Source: Lysobacterales bacterium (GTDB lineage Bacteria; Pseudomonadota; Gammaproteobacteria; Xanthomonadales; SZUA-36). From it: DNA of 64,000 nucleotides. Under the pieces are notes generated by a model. That model saw only the letters and a list, made by a program, of their open reading frames with translations. It ran no database searches and was not told the DNA's origin. The stretch covers positions 457-64,456 of the forward strand of contig JBFIHZ010000001.1 in assembly GCA_041601535.1 (NCBI GenBank). The letters run 5' to 3'. The position numbers and the translations under genes are program-made. Below are positions 1 to 8,338 of the stretch, piece after piece (position 1 is the first letter of the stretch; every line of letters begins with the position of its first letter).

Positions 1-1010
1 TTGGCCGTGCCTGGCAGGGCATGCCGGTGTGGATCACTGTTGAAGGCGCCAACATCCTGACCCGCAGCATGATGATTTTTGGTCAGGGGGCCATCCGTTG
101 CCATCCCTATGTGCTGAAAGAGCTGGCTGCGGCCCAGCTGACCGATGAGTCACAGCGGGTCGATGAATTCGACCGTGTGTTGTTCCAGCACGTTGGCTAT
201 ACCATTCGCAACGCGGTTCGCAGCCTGGTTCTGGCTATGAGTTTCGGGCGGTTTGCCGCGGTGCCCAATGACCGGCAGACGGCTCCGTACTATCAGAAGT
301 TATCTCGTTATTCGGCTGCATTGGCCTTCGTTTCTGATATTGCCATGTTGACACTGGGTGGCAAACTGAAACAAAAAGAGCATCTGTCGGCCCGGCTGGG
401 TGATGTACTGAGCCAGCTGTATATCTGCTCTGCCATGCTGAAGCGTTATGAAGCCATCGGCCGGCCGGCGGCGGACCAGGCCATCCTGGCCTGGGCGTTT
501 CATGACGCCATTTATAAAATCCAGTTGGCCTTGCGGCAGGTGGTGGATAATTTCCCCAACCGCGCCATGGGGGCGTTGCTGCGCCTGGTGATTTTCCCGC
601 TGGGCCGCCGTGAACGTGCTCCGGGTGACCGCCTGACCCACAAGGTGGCTCAATTACTGCTGGCACCGTCGGACACCCGCGATCGTCTGACCCACGGTGT
701 GTACAAGTCGGCCCGCAGCGGCCATCCGGTGGGGCTTATGGAGCAGGCGTTACCGCAGGTCATTGCCGCCGAGCCACTGGAGCGCAAGCTGCTCAAGGCG
801 CAGAAGCAGGCCGATTTCACTGCCCTGACCTGGGAGGGGCAGCTGCAGGAGGCGGTGGCAAAAGATGTGCTGACTTCCGCTGAAGCAGATACCTTGCTGC
901 GAGTTCGTGAACTGGTTATGGAAATCATTGCCGTGGATGAGTTCGACAGTGCCGAACTGCGCGCGGCGTCAGCATCCGAAGCCAGGCTGGACAAGCAGAA
1001 CGCAGCCTGA
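1..1010 (+). CDS. fadE: Acyl-CoA dehydrogenase, FadE type, C-terminal part (5' end outside window)
   Basis: Frame is open from the window edge (codons from nt 3). GRAWQGMPVWITVEGANILTRSMMIFGQGAIRCHPYVL matches the conserved FadE segment, followed by a long C-terminal helical domain. Stop TGA 1008-1010. Confidence 0.88.
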   Translation, partial: GRAWQGMPVWITVEGANILTRSMMIFGQGAIRCHPYVLKELAAAQLTDESQRVDEFDRVLFQHVGYTIRNAVRSLVLAMSFGRFAAVPNDRQTAPYYQKLSRYSAALAFVSDIAMLTLGGKLKQKEHLSARLGDVLSQLYICSAMLKRYEAIGRPAADQAILAWAFHDAIYKIQLALRQVVDNFPNRAMGALLRLVIFPLGRRERAPGDRLTHKVAQLLLAPSDTRDRLTHGVYKSARSGHPVGLMEQALPQVIAAEPLERKLLKAQKQADFTALTWEGQLQEAVAKDVLTSAEADTLLRVRELVMEIIAVDEFDSAELRAASASEARLDKQNAA

Positions 1011-1025
1011 GTCAACCCGCTAAGC

Positions 1026-1052
1026 GGCCCGGGAGCAACCGCCTCCCGGGCC
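1026..1052 (+). terminator. GC-rich hairpin just after the fadE stop (10-bp stem, no T-tract)
   Basis: GGCCCGGGAG (1026-1035) / CTCCCGGGCC (1043-1052) are perfect complements with a 7-nt loop. No U-run follows, so intrinsic-terminator status is uncertain. Confidence 0.35.
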
Positions 1053-1117
1053 AGATCCTGATTCGGGCCTGCCGCACGCCTGCTGCGCGGGGCGTCATTC
1101 CGGCACCACCCGCCATA

Positions 1118-1135
1118 TTTCCGTGTTTTCCGTGT
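1118..1135. repeat. Perfect tandem 9-mer TTTCCGTGT x2 upstream of the ECF sigma gene
   Basis: Read directly: 1118-1126 and 1127-1135 are identical. It lies about 100 nt upstream of the start at 1233. Confidence 0.6.
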
Positions 1136-1232
1136 CTGATGCCGCTGACAGCGGGATCGCGGTAGTATTCGCCAGATGAAGTGCGCTTCGCGCAACTAAA
1201 CCCTTTTGCCGGGACAACCGTCAAAGTAATTC

Positions 1233-1808
1233 ATGGGAGGCATCGCAGCGGTGGCATCGTGGAAACCGGCTGGTGACGGCCACGGTGAAGACTTGAACCT
1301 GGTGCGTGCCGCCCGGGACGGTGATGTTGCGGCTTTTGAAACGCTGTACCGCCGGCACAAAGACCGTATATATGGTCTGTTGTGGCGCATGGCCGGCGGG
1401 GATGCCGCACTGGCGGAAGACTTGCTGCAGGAAGCCTTCGTGCGGGCCTGGCAGAAGCTGGCCAGTTTCCGTGGCGAGAGCAGTTTCGGCACCTGGCTAC
1501 ACCGCTTGTCGGTCAATGTGGCTCTGAGTGACCGGCGGTCGCGGTTGCGCAAGTCGGGGCGCGAGCGGCCAATGGACGAAGCCACCGCGCGCACGGCCCA
1601 GGGTGCCGATGGTCCGGCAGCTCCGCGGCAGCGGGATATTGAGCGGGCCATTGCCGGTTTACCGGAACGTGCCCGGCAGGTGTTGGTCTTACACGATATA
1701 GAGGGCTACAAGCATGCGGAGATTGCCCGCATGACCGGCATGGCGGTGGGTTCATCCAAGGCCCACCTGCACCGGGCGCGAAAAATGCTACGAGAGGAAT
1801 TGAAGTAA
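1233..1808 (+). CDS. ECF-type RNA polymerase sigma-70 family factor
   Basis: Region 2 (LLQEAFVRAWQKLASFRGESSFGTWLHRLSVNVAL) and region 4 HTH (RQVLVLHDIEGYKHAEIARMTGMAVGSSKAHLHRARKMLRE). ATG at 1233. TAATG overlap with the next gene. Confidence 0.9.
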   Translation: MGGIAAVASWKPAGDGHGEDLNLVRAARDGDVAAFETLYRRHKDRIYGLLWRMAGGDAALAEDLLQEAFVRAWQKLASFRGESSFGTWLHRLSVNVALSDRRSRLRKSGRERPMDEATARTAQGADGPAAPRQRDIERAIAGLPERARQVLVLHDIEGYKHAEIARMTGMAVGSSKAHLHRARKMLREELK

Positions 1809-2365
1809 TGACTAGCGACAGGAGCGAACAGCAGTTGGACGAGTTGCTGGCCGGCTTGCCCAGGGAAATTACGCCGCCACGGGATGTGTGGCAGTCCATT
1901 GCAGCCCGCATCTCGCAGGCGGAACCCGCTGAACGGGAGCGGTTTTCGCGCCGGCCTTCGGTGCTGGCGCTGGCGGCATCCGTGGTGCTGGCGGCTACCG
2001 TTGCCCTGCTGTGGCGCCCGGGTAGTGCACCTGTAAATGAAATTGCGCCACCTGCTCGGCAGCTTGCGCTGGATCAAGTGCCGGTAAATACCTGGTTGCG
2101 GGCCAGCGAGCGTGAATATATGGCGGCATTCAGGGAGTTCATGGTGCTGGCACCGCTTGACCCGCTAACCAGCGAAGTAGCTTCCGGGGTGCGTGATGGC
2201 TGGCTGGCGACACGCGAGGTGGAGCGGCAACTGGATGCCGCTTTGCTGGAAAATCCCGCCGATGAATTTCTGGCGCAACAAATGACCTTACTGAGGGCGC
2301 GTCAACTGGATCTATTACGCCAGGTCGTGGCTGTAGACCGGGCTTCGAGGAGAGAAACGATATGA
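1808..2365 (+). CDS. Putative single-pass anti-sigma factor (no HxxxCxxC zinc motif)
   Basis: Translationally coupled to the sigma gene (TAATG at 1806-1810). Short cytoplasmic N-terminus, one hydrophobic helix (SVLALAASVVLAATVALLW), periplasmic C-terminal domain. Function is inferred from position. Confidence 0.6.
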   Translation: MTSDRSEQQLDELLAGLPREITPPRDVWQSIAARISQAEPAERERFSRRPSVLALAASVVLAATVALLWRPGSAPVNEIAPPARQLALDQVPVNTWLRASEREYMAAFREFMVLAPLDPLTSEVASGVRDGWLATREVERQLDAALLENPADEFLAQQMTLLRARQLDLLRQVVAVDRASRRETI

Positions 2366-3243
2366 ACGTCAGTCGGCTTATTGCCTTTTTACTCATTATA
2401 AGTATGCCGTTCTCGCAGGCCCGAGCCGGCAGCGAAATCGATGAACGGCGTGATCTGGCAGCGGATGCCCGGCTGCAGGTAGAAAATCTCGCCGGCTCGG
2501 TCACGGTTACCACCTGGGACAAGGCCGAGCTGCAAATAAGCGGTGAACTGGGTGATGAAGTAGAAAAACTGGAAATCCTTGAGACCTCTTCCGGCATCCA
2601 TGTGCGGGTAAAAAACCGCAGAAACATACGCAATGTGGATGCGACGCATCTGCGGATCACCATGCCGGCATCAGCCAGCCTGAACGTAGCCAGCGTCAGT
2701 GCTGATCTTACGGCGTCCGCACTCAGCAACCAGGAACTGGTATTGACCACGGTCAGTGGGGATATAGAGGTGCAGGCGGATACCGGCCGGCTGGAGCTTG
2801 AATCGGTAAGCGGTGACATCCGCTTCAGTGGCAATACCCGGCGCTCAGCCATCGAAACGGTCAGCGGCAGAATAGACCTGACTGGATTGACCGCGGAGAT
2901 CAGTGTCAGCACCGTGTCAGGTGACGTGAAACTCACGGCGGCGGACATCAGCCGGGGGCGGTTTGAAACCGTGTCCGGCAAAGTGGCATTGAATGCCAAC
3001 GTGGCCGATGGCGGGCGGCTAAAAGCCCAAAGCATGAGTGGCGACGTCGTGCTTGCTCTGCCGGCTGCGCAGCAGGCCGAATTTTCTGCGCAGACGTTCA
3101 GCGGCAAGATCCGCACCGGGTTTGGCAAGGCCAGTGAGAAGTCATTCGGTGCCGGCAGCAGCCTGAGCCACCGGCAGGGCAATAATGGAGCCAGCATCGA
3201 ACTGGAAAGTTTTAGCGGAGATATCCGGCTGGAGAAAAACTGA
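2362..3243 (+). CDS. Secreted DUF4097-like beta-helix repeat protein
   Basis: ATGA overlap with the anti-sigma gene (2362-2365). Signal peptide MNVSRLIAFLLIISMPFSQARA. About 8-9 iterations of a (T/S)VSGDI/V-containing ~18-20 aa repeat, typical of the DUF4097 putative-adhesin fold. Confidence 0.72.
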   Translation: MNVSRLIAFLLIISMPFSQARAGSEIDERRDLAADARLQVENLAGSVTVTTWDKAELQISGELGDEVEKLEILETSSGIHVRVKNRRNIRNVDATHLRITMPASASLNVASVSADLTASALSNQELVLTTVSGDIEVQADTGRLELESVSGDIRFSGNTRRSAIETVSGRIDLTGLTAEISVSTVSGDVKLTAADISRGRFETVSGKVALNANVADGGRLKAQSMSGDVVLALPAAQQAEFSAQTFSGKIRTGFGKASEKSFGAGSSLSHRQGNNGASIELESFSGDIRLEKN

Positions 3244-3404
3244 TTGCCTGACCGTTGCGCTCAGGCGCAGGCACTACAGTGCCCATCGTACGATATTCCT
3301 TCCTAAAATAAGGCCTGCCGGCTGCGTCTGCGGCCGGTCCGGGGGTGCATCAGGCGGTTGCGGGAACGCCTTCCTGAATCTGTTTGTGGGTCAGAATGTA
3401 TACC

Positions 3405-3418
3405 GGATAACGTTATCC
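3405..3418. promoter_or_regulatory. Perfect 14-nt palindrome GGATAACGTTATCC (candidate operator)
   Basis: Read directly. Central CG with AAC/GTT half-sites resembles LacI/GalR-family operator geometry. It lies 227 nt upstream of the TonB-dependent receptor start. Confidence 0.3.
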
Positions 3419-3456
3419 CGCACTCCGCGCCGGCCTGCAAGCTGCAACTTAATTCT

Positions 3457-3484
3457 GTTAATAGTCCGTTAATTGCAGGTTAAT
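3457..3484. promoter_or_regulatory. Three GTTAAT direct repeats at exact 11-nt phasing in an AT-rich patch
   Basis: GTTAAT at 3457, 3468 and 3479. A related CTTAAT sits at 3448. One-face-of-the-helix spacing suggests a protein-binding array. Confidence 0.3.
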
Positions 3485-3560
3485 AAAGCCTTTCCAATCG
3501 GTTCCGAATGGTGATACTATCCTGCCAAGCTCGGAGATGGCCCTCTCTTGACCTGCGTCT

Positions 3561-3600
3561 GTTGACTTGGGTCAAAGCCGCATTTGATCCGGGTTGACTT
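3561..3600. repeat. GTTGACTT x2 (3561, 3593) plus palindrome TTGAC-N4-GTCAA (3562-3575)
   Basis: Read directly. A fourth TTGAC is at 3548. All lie within 100 nt of the receptor start codon. Confidence 0.4.
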
Positions 3601-3644
3601 CGATCGTAAGACAACCGAACCAAATAAAATTTTGGAGAGTTTAG

Positions 3645-6623
3645 ATGAAACACAGCCGTAATCCTCTGTACCAGGCCGTGCAATATGCACTGGTCCCCAG
3701 TGCAATGGCAGGCTTCGCACTCTCTTCTTCACCTGTTTTCGCACAGGACAGTGAAGATGAGGCGGCAGATCTGGACCGTGTTCAAGTAACCGGTTCCCGT
3801 ATCAGCCGTATTGATATTGAAGGGGCGAACCCTGTAACTGTACTGGATCGTGACGACATCAAGCGCACCGGCATTACTGACCTGGGTGAGTTGGTCCAGG
3901 ATCTGCCGATGATGAGCGGTTCACCGGTTTCCAGCCAGCGTAACAACGGTGGTAGTGGCCGCGTAGCCGTAGACATTCGTGGTTTGGGCACGAACAGAAC
4001 GCTTGTACTTGTTAATGGCAACCGCCTGCCTTCACTGTTCAATGACTTCTCGGTCATTCCGGTGGTAATGGTAGAGCGTATCGAAATCCTGAAAGACGGT
4101 GCTTCAGCAATTTATGGTGCAGATGCTGTTGCTGGTGTAGTAAACATCATCACTCGCCGTGACTTTGAAGGTGCCGAGTTCGAGTTCTCCATCGGCGAAA
4201 GCTTTGATGAAGGAGGCATGAACTACAGCACCAGCTTTATTACGGGTGGTAACTCCGACCGTGGTAACTTTGTAGTTGGTGTGGAATACGTTGAGCAGGA
4301 AGAAGTATTCCTGGCCGCCTACGACGAAAAATACATCAAGGCTGCTGTAACGGTTTATGATCCGGTTGGCTTCAAGCAATTCGGTTTCTCAGGTGATCCC
4401 TGGACGGATGGCGATGGCAACGGTATTGCTGATTGGGGAACGTTTGGTTCTTCACGTCTGCCGTACGGCTTCTTCGATCTGCGTCCGGCTGGTCTGGGCA
4501 ATGGCTGGACCATTTGCCGCGATTCAGCCACCGGTGGCGCCAGTGTCAGCGACTACGGTCCGCGTGACGGCGTATGTAACGAAGCTACTTACGATTTCGC
4601 ACCGGTCAACTACATGCAGACCCCGTACGAGCGTTCCAGCTTCTTCCTGCAGGGTGACTACGAGCTGTTCGAAAACGTCAGTGCCTACGTGGAAGCGCGT
4701 TTCGCCAACCGTAAATCAGAACAGCTGTTGGCTCCACAGCCGTACGACTCGCGTTTTGATCCGGGCTACGCAACTGTCGAACCCGGTGTGGCTATTTCCA
4801 AAGACAACTACTACAACCCGTTTGGTGTGGACATTCCGCAATGGCGCCGCCGCATGGTGGAAACCGGTGGACGTTCATTTATCCAGAACGTTGACCAGTG
4901 GCAGATTGTTACCGGCCTGACCGGTGATATCGCTGGTACCTGGACCTGGGACCTGAGCTACAACTTTGGTCGCAACGAGCGCGCCGATACCGACTTTGGC
5001 CAGTTTAACGGTCAGAACCTGGCTAATGCTCTGGGGCCATCATTCCTGGATCCGGCAACCGGCCAGGTGGTCTGCGGTACGCCGGATGCTCCGATTGCTG
5101 GCTGCGTATCCATGAATGCTTTCTCCAATCCGGATACCAACCCGATTACCCAGGAAATGCTGGCTTACGCTTCTGTGCCGCTGAACGACCGGTACATTAA
5201 CGAGCGTCAGATCACCAACCTGACCCTGGTCGGTGACCTGTTCGAAATGCCTGCCGGTCCGCTGGCTGGCGCTTTCGGTTTCGAACGCCGGACTGAGAAG
5301 TATGACTTTATTCCTGACTCGGCCAAGTCAACCGGTCAAACCACCGGTAACACGGGCCAGGGTACCTCCGGCGCTTATGATGTGGACTCGTTCTTTGGTG
5401 AATTGAATATCCCCATCATTTCCGGTGTGTCTGGTGCCGAACTGCTGGAACTGGGTATCAGTGGCCGCTACGATGATTTCTCAATCTTCGATTCGTCCAC
5501 AACCTGGCAGGGTGCCATTCGCTGGCAGCCGGTCCGCAGCCTGTTGGTTCGTGCGACTGCTGGTCAGGTGTATCGTGAGCCGAACATCTCCGAATTGTTC
5601 GCGGGCGTTGGCGACAGCTTCCCGAACACGGTTGATCCCTGTTCCGGACGCGGCGGTCAGCCGGGTTGTACCAATGTACCCCCGGGTTACGCCCAGTCAG
5701 ATACGCAGGCGCGTGCGCGCATCGGCGGTAACATCAATGTAACGCCGGAAGAAGGCGATACCGTTACCGTGGGTATGGCATGGTCACCGACCTTTGCACC
5801 TGGCTTCAGCATGACCCTGGACTGGTGGAAGATCGAAATTGATGACGCCATCAATATTCCGTCTGCCAACGTGGTTCTGGCCGGCTGTTTCTCCGGTGAC
5901 GTACCCGGGTTCTGTAACAATATCACCCGCTTTGGGCCGGAAGCGTCCAACTACGGCGATTTGCAGCAGATCCTGACCCTGGTACAGAAGGTAGGACCGG
6001 AATCGGCTGAAGGCTTCGACTTCTCGTTCAACTACAACCGCAATACCGACATCGGTCTGTGGGACTTCTCCCTGTACGGAACCTACAACAAGAAGCGTGA
6101 GCAGCTTGTACTGAAGGACTTCGATGCAGACGGTCTCGCCACGGCAGAGGTATCCGACGTTGTGGGTCTGTTCGAGCATCGCGGTCTGGGTCGGCCCAAG
6201 GCATTCCCGGAATGGCGCTGGAGGTTTGACACCGACTGGTCCATGGGTGACTTCGGTCTGAGCCTGAGTGTTGAGTTCATCGACAGTGTTACCGAGTGCG
6301 GTAACCCCAATGCCGATGGTACTTTCCTCACCATGTACTGCCCGGACGATGCTGAAATTGTCGCCATTGACCCGGCTGATACCTACTGGGGCATTCCCAT
6401 CATCGATCGGGCATGGATCAACTCCACCGACAAGGTCTACTACTTTGACCTGGTGGGACGTTACACCATCCCGGGTATTGGCTCGCAGATCACCGCGGGT
6501 ATTACCAACCTGACCGATGAAGAACTGCCGTTCATCAACCAGGGCTTCAACGCCACGACCGATGAAGACACCTTCCGTGCCTTCGGACGTTCCTGGTTTG
6601 TCAGCTTCAAGCACAGCTTCTAA
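3645..6623 (+). CDS. TonB-dependent outer-membrane receptor
   Basis: RBS GGAGAG 3634-3639. Signal peptide ending VFAQD. Plug-domain motifs (DRVQVTGSRI, NPVTVLDRDDI, VDIRGLG, VERIEILKDGASAIYGADAVAGVVNIITR). C-terminal barrel ends ...WFVSFKHSF with a terminal Phe. Confidence 0.93.
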   Translation: MKHSRNPLYQAVQYALVPSAMAGFALSSSPVFAQDSEDEAADLDRVQVTGSRISRIDIEGANPVTVLDRDDIKRTGITDLGELVQDLPMMSGSPVSSQRNNGGSGRVAVDIRGLGTNRTLVLVNGNRLPSLFNDFSVIPVVMVERIEILKDGASAIYGADAVAGVVNIITRRDFEGAEFEFSIGESFDEGGMNYSTSFITGGNSDRGNFVVGVEYVEQEEVFLAAYDEKYIKAAVTVYDPVGFKQFGFSGDPWTDGDGNGIADWGTFGSSRLPYGFFDLRPAGLGNGWTICRDSATGGASVSDYGPRDGVCNEATYDFAPVNYMQTPYERSSFFLQGDYELFENVSAYVEARFANRKSEQLLAPQPYDSRFDPGYATVEPGVAISKDNYYNPFGVDIPQWRRRMVETGGRSFIQNVDQWQIVTGLTGDIAGTWTWDLSYNFGRNERADTDFGQFNGQNLANALGPSFLDPATGQVVCGTPDAPIAGCVSMNAFSNPDTNPITQEMLAYASVPLNDRYINERQITNLTLVGDLFEMPAGPLAGAFGFERRTEKYDFIPDSAKSTGQTTGNTGQGTSGAYDVDSFFGELNIPIISGVSGAELLELGISGRYDDFSIFDSSTTWQGAIRWQPVRSLLVRATAGQVYREPNISELFAGVGDSFPNTVDPCSGRGGQPGCTNVPPGYAQSDTQARARIGGNINVTPEEGDTVTVGMAWSPTFAPGFSMTLDWWKIEIDDAINIPSANVVLAGCFSGDVPGFCNNITRFGPEASNYGDLQQILTLVQKVGPESAEGFDFSFNYNRNTDIGLWDFSLYGTYNKKREQLVLKDFDADGLATAEVSDVVGLFEHRGLGRPKAFPEWRWRFDTDWSMGDFGLSLSVEFIDSVTECGNPNADGTFLTMYCPDDAEIVAIDPADTYWGIPIIDRAWINSTDKVYYFDLVGRYTIPGIGSQITAGITNLTDEELPFINQGFNATTDEDTFRAFGRSWFVSFKHSF

Positions 6624-6658
6624 GCAGTTAACGCTTAGTTACTGAGCCAAGCAGGACG

Positions 6659-6691
6659 AAAAGGCCCCGCCCAGTGCGGGGCCTTTTTTTT
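6659..6691 (+). terminator. Canonical rho-independent terminator after the TonB-dependent receptor
   Basis: AAAA-GGCCCCGC (6663-6670) / loop CCAGT / GCGGGGCC (6676-6683), followed by a run of 8 T (6684-6691). Confidence 0.85.
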
Positions 6692-6774
6692 GTTGACGGG
6701 CCATTGGCCTGCCCGCTGATATGGGTGCCGGCAGGCAGTCACCAGGGCCTTAAATCGGTGTACCATTTACTCGC

Positions 6775-7380
6775 ATGGTCATTTCGCATAAATACCGTTT
6801 TATCTTCATCAAAACCATCAAAACGGCCGGTACCAGTATCGAGGCCTGGTTATCGCCGCGTTGTGGCGCTGAAGATATATTCACGCCGGTTCAGCCGCCG
6901 GTGGAGGGGCATACTCCGAGGAATTTTGGCCGCCTGTATAATCATTTTTCCGCCTGGGGACTGCGTCAGCTGGTTCCGCCGGAAGTCTGGAATGGTTATT
7001 TCAAGTTCTGCGTGGAACGCAATCCCTGGGACAAAACCGTGTCCGACTATGCCATGCAGGCTCACCGCAGCGGCGGTCAGTTAAGCTTTGAGCAATACCT
7101 GCAAGCCGGGCGCTTCTGCAAAAGCTGGGAGCTGTACACCGACACCGATAACCGAACCGTTCTGGTGGACAGGGTACTGCGTTATGAAAACCTCAATGCC
7201 GAACTGGGTGAAGTCTTCCAGAACCTGGGGCTGCCCTGGGAAGGCGAGCTGGGCGTGTATGCCAAGTCCGGCTACCGCCAGAACCGCAAGCCATACCCGG
7301 AATACTACAACGAGCAACAGAAACAGTTGATCGCCCGGGCTTTCAAAGACGAAATTGATGCGTTTGGCTATGCCTTCTGA
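6775..7380 (+). CDS. Sulfotransferase family 2-like protein
   Basis: N-terminal HKYRFIFIKTIKTAGTSIEAWL (5'-phosphosulfate-binding loop), ERNPWDKTVSDY (RxPxDxxxS 3'-phosphate motif) and C-terminal LRYENLNAELGEVFQNLGL motif. Confidence 0.72.
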   Translation: MVISHKYRFIFIKTIKTAGTSIEAWLSPRCGAEDIFTPVQPPVEGHTPRNFGRLYNHFSAWGLRQLVPPEVWNGYFKFCVERNPWDKTVSDYAMQAHRSGGQLSFEQYLQAGRFCKSWELYTDTDNRTVLVDRVLRYENLNAELGEVFQNLGLPWEGELGVYAKSGYRQNRKPYPEYYNEQQKQLIARAFKDEIDAFGYAF

Positions 7381-8194
7381 GTCGCGTGTGCACAAGCCCG
7401 TCATCCGGGTGATACACCATATGGCACGGACCGGCGGCACCCTGATCTGCCGTTGCCTGGCATCCATGGACAACGTGGTGCTGCTCAGTGAGATTCATCC
7501 GCTCGGCTTGAGGATGTTTGACCCATTGCGGCAGGCACATGAGTGGTACGGCCTGCTGACCGAAGCGGATATCGCTTCATTGCGGCAACGCCCGCTGGAG
7601 TTCGCTGAAGCTATCCTGCTGCTCCACCAGCGCTGCAGTGAACAGGGAAAGCACCTGGTTTTGCGCGACTGGAGCCACCTGGATTACACCGGCGTGCCAT
7701 TTGTACGGCCGGCGTTTCGCTCATTGCTGGTGGAAGCCCTGCAGTCGGATTTCAGCGTGTTGCAGATCGCCACCGTGCGCCATCCTCTGGACCAGTGGAT
7801 CAGCCTGACCCGCCAACCGGTTTTCCGTGACAAGCTGCCCATTGCAGACTTTCTTTCAGGCGCATTGCATTTCGCGCGGTTCGCGGTGGACTGCGGCTAT
7901 ATCCGCTACGAGGATTTTACCCGCGAGCACGACACCAGCCTGGTGCAATTGTGTGAAGCGCTGGAGCTTGCCTTTGACCCGCAATACCGTTCCCGCTGGC
8001 GTGATTACACCAATATTACCGGTGATGTGCTGCCGGGAAGGGCTGGCAGTGAAATTACCCCCTTGCCACGGCAGGCAGTTGGCGATGAGGAAACGCAGCG
8101 TGTGATCGAACAAAATGACTATAGGGAGATCCTGCGTTTATTAAACTATTCGGGCCAACAACAGAGTGACCGTGGTGCGCCTGGGACGAATTGA
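7370..8194 (+). CDS. Sulfotransferase-fold protein (intact PAPS-loop-like motifs)
   Basis: IHHMARTGGTLICRCL (P-loop-like), VRHPLDQWISL (RxPxDxxxS) and IRYEDF...LCEALEL. Start is uncertain (TTG 7355, ATG 7358 or ATG 7370). It overlaps the upstream stop at 7378-7380. Confidence 0.55.
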   Translation: MPSESRVHKPVIRVIHHMARTGGTLICRCLASMDNVVLLSEIHPLGLRMFDPLRQAHEWYGLLTEADIASLRQRPLEFAEAILLLHQRCSEQGKHLVLRDWSHLDYTGVPFVRPAFRSLLVEALQSDFSVLQIATVRHPLDQWISLTRQPVFRDKLPIADFLSGALHFARFAVDCGYIRYEDFTREHDTSLVQLCEALELAFDPQYRSRWRDYTNITGDVLPGRAGSEITPLPRQAVGDEETQRVIEQNDYREILRLLNYSGQQQSDRGAPGTN

Positions 8195-8282
8195 TCGGTA
8201 TGCCTTTACGGAAACTTCAGGCAATCTGCAGGGGATACAGCGTCATGCACACCCGGGCCAGGCCGATTGCTCCGGCTGGCGG

Positions 8283-8288
8283 TATAAT
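8283..8288 (+). promoter_or_regulatory. TATAAT hexamer, candidate -10 for the oxygenase-methyltransferase sub-operon
   Basis: Perfect TATAAT 50 nt upstream of ATG 8339, in the only sizeable gap inside the island. No good -35 was seen. Confidence 0.25.
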
Positions 8289-8338
8289 AAACGCCCCGAA
8301 TTGAAAATTGTTGGGGCATTCACTGAGGTTTGACTGAT

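Noticed and set aside
2139-3197. 352-aa ORF on the minus strand covering most of the DUF4097 gene
   Set aside because: It is antisense to a gene with a signal peptide, coupled start and clear repeat architecture. Its translation is low-complexity Ser/Pro/Ala/Leu-rich with no motif. This is a typical shadow ORF in GC-rich DNA.
3244-3644. Possible riboswitch (cobalamin or TPP) in the long leader of the TonB-dependent receptor
   Set aside because: I looked for the B12-box-like GCCACTG core and for the TPP CUGAGA / ACCUGAUCUGGAUAAUGCCAGCG-type elements and found neither. The region is better described by protein-binding-type repeats. A covariance-model scan (Rfam/Infernal) would be decisive.
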